DNA of 64,000 nucleotides from a virus: IMG/VR virus record IMGVR_UViG_3300013112_000677, positions 1 to 64,000 of that record; one strand, 5' to 3'. Shown piece by piece: positions 63,833 to 64,000 of this stretch (position 1 is its first letter; each line of letters starts with the position of its first letter). The notes under the pieces were generated by a model. It saw only the letters and a program-made list of their open reading frames with translations, ran no database searches and was not told where the DNA came from. The position numbers and the translations under genes were made by a program.

Positions 63833-64000
63833 AGCCCTCGATGGCCGCCTTCCACGATGAGCTGAGCCGCATCCTCTCCTTGGAGAAGGTGGCGGACCAG
63901 CACGAGGACGACAGTCTGTCGCCGGACGAGCCGCTGCCCCGCGAGGCCCCGTCGGGTGCCTACGAGTTCGCGCGCTACGGCATCGCGGAGCCCCTGGTGC
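63829..64000 (+). CDS. 5' part of a putative internal virion protein (runs off the window)
   Basis: MKPSMAAFHDELSRILSLEKVADQ..., ATGA coupling. Confidence 0.7.
   Translation, partial: MKPSMAAFHDELSRILSLEKVADQHEDDSLSPDEPLPREAPSGAYEFARYGIAEPLV
63909..63921. repeat. Dispersed palindrome copy 8
   Basis: CGACAGTCTGTCG read as GAC AGT CTG TCG. Confidence 0.9.

Noticed and set aside
1-64000. tRNA, rRNA, integrase or transposase genes
   Set aside because: None recognisable by eye and intergenic gaps are short; a tRNAscan-SE or Infernal run would be needed to exclude small RNAs.

Overview
This 64-kb window is a segment of a large, GC-rich (roughly two-thirds G+C by eye) tailed phage genome, probably with a contractile tail. 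Positions 1-17.5 kb (minus strand) are a replication/recombination module: RusA, Cas4-like and other PD-(D/E)XK nucleases, RecA, HU, family-A DNA polymerase, a putative SSB, primase, DnaB, UDG and an SF2 helicase. Positions 17.6-64 kb (mostly plus strand) are a virion module: portal, a single-chain beta-beta' RNA polymerase, a spike protein, a 1934-aa multi-enzyme polyprotein, an intein-containing large terminase, prohead protease, scaffold/internal proteins, decoration protein, major capsid protein (MCP) and neck genes. Small minus-strand cassettes interrupt it (Zn-finger peptides; RNase HII and ParB; an HTH protein). The most unusual observations are: (1) a miniature capsid copy in the replication operon, made of two non-adjacent MCP segments joined together and fused to another protein; (2) eight exact copies of a 13-bp palindrome CGACAG(A/T)CTGTCG about 5-7 kb apart, inside genes in different frames, in a genome that encodes a ParB; (3) a 2043-aa fused RNAP with no cysteine and both zinc sites lost, pointing to a virion-injected enzyme, with a candidate cognate promoter CATAAG and sigma70-like promoters heading the structural blocks; (4) a pervasive K-x-A motif and an (A)F-x-x-E-L-x-K-x-A leader marking Cys-poor internal virion proteins and the module boundaries of the polyprotein; (5) a Thr1 intein and two candidate programmed frameshifts. 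All calls come from reading motifs by eye; no database searches were run.
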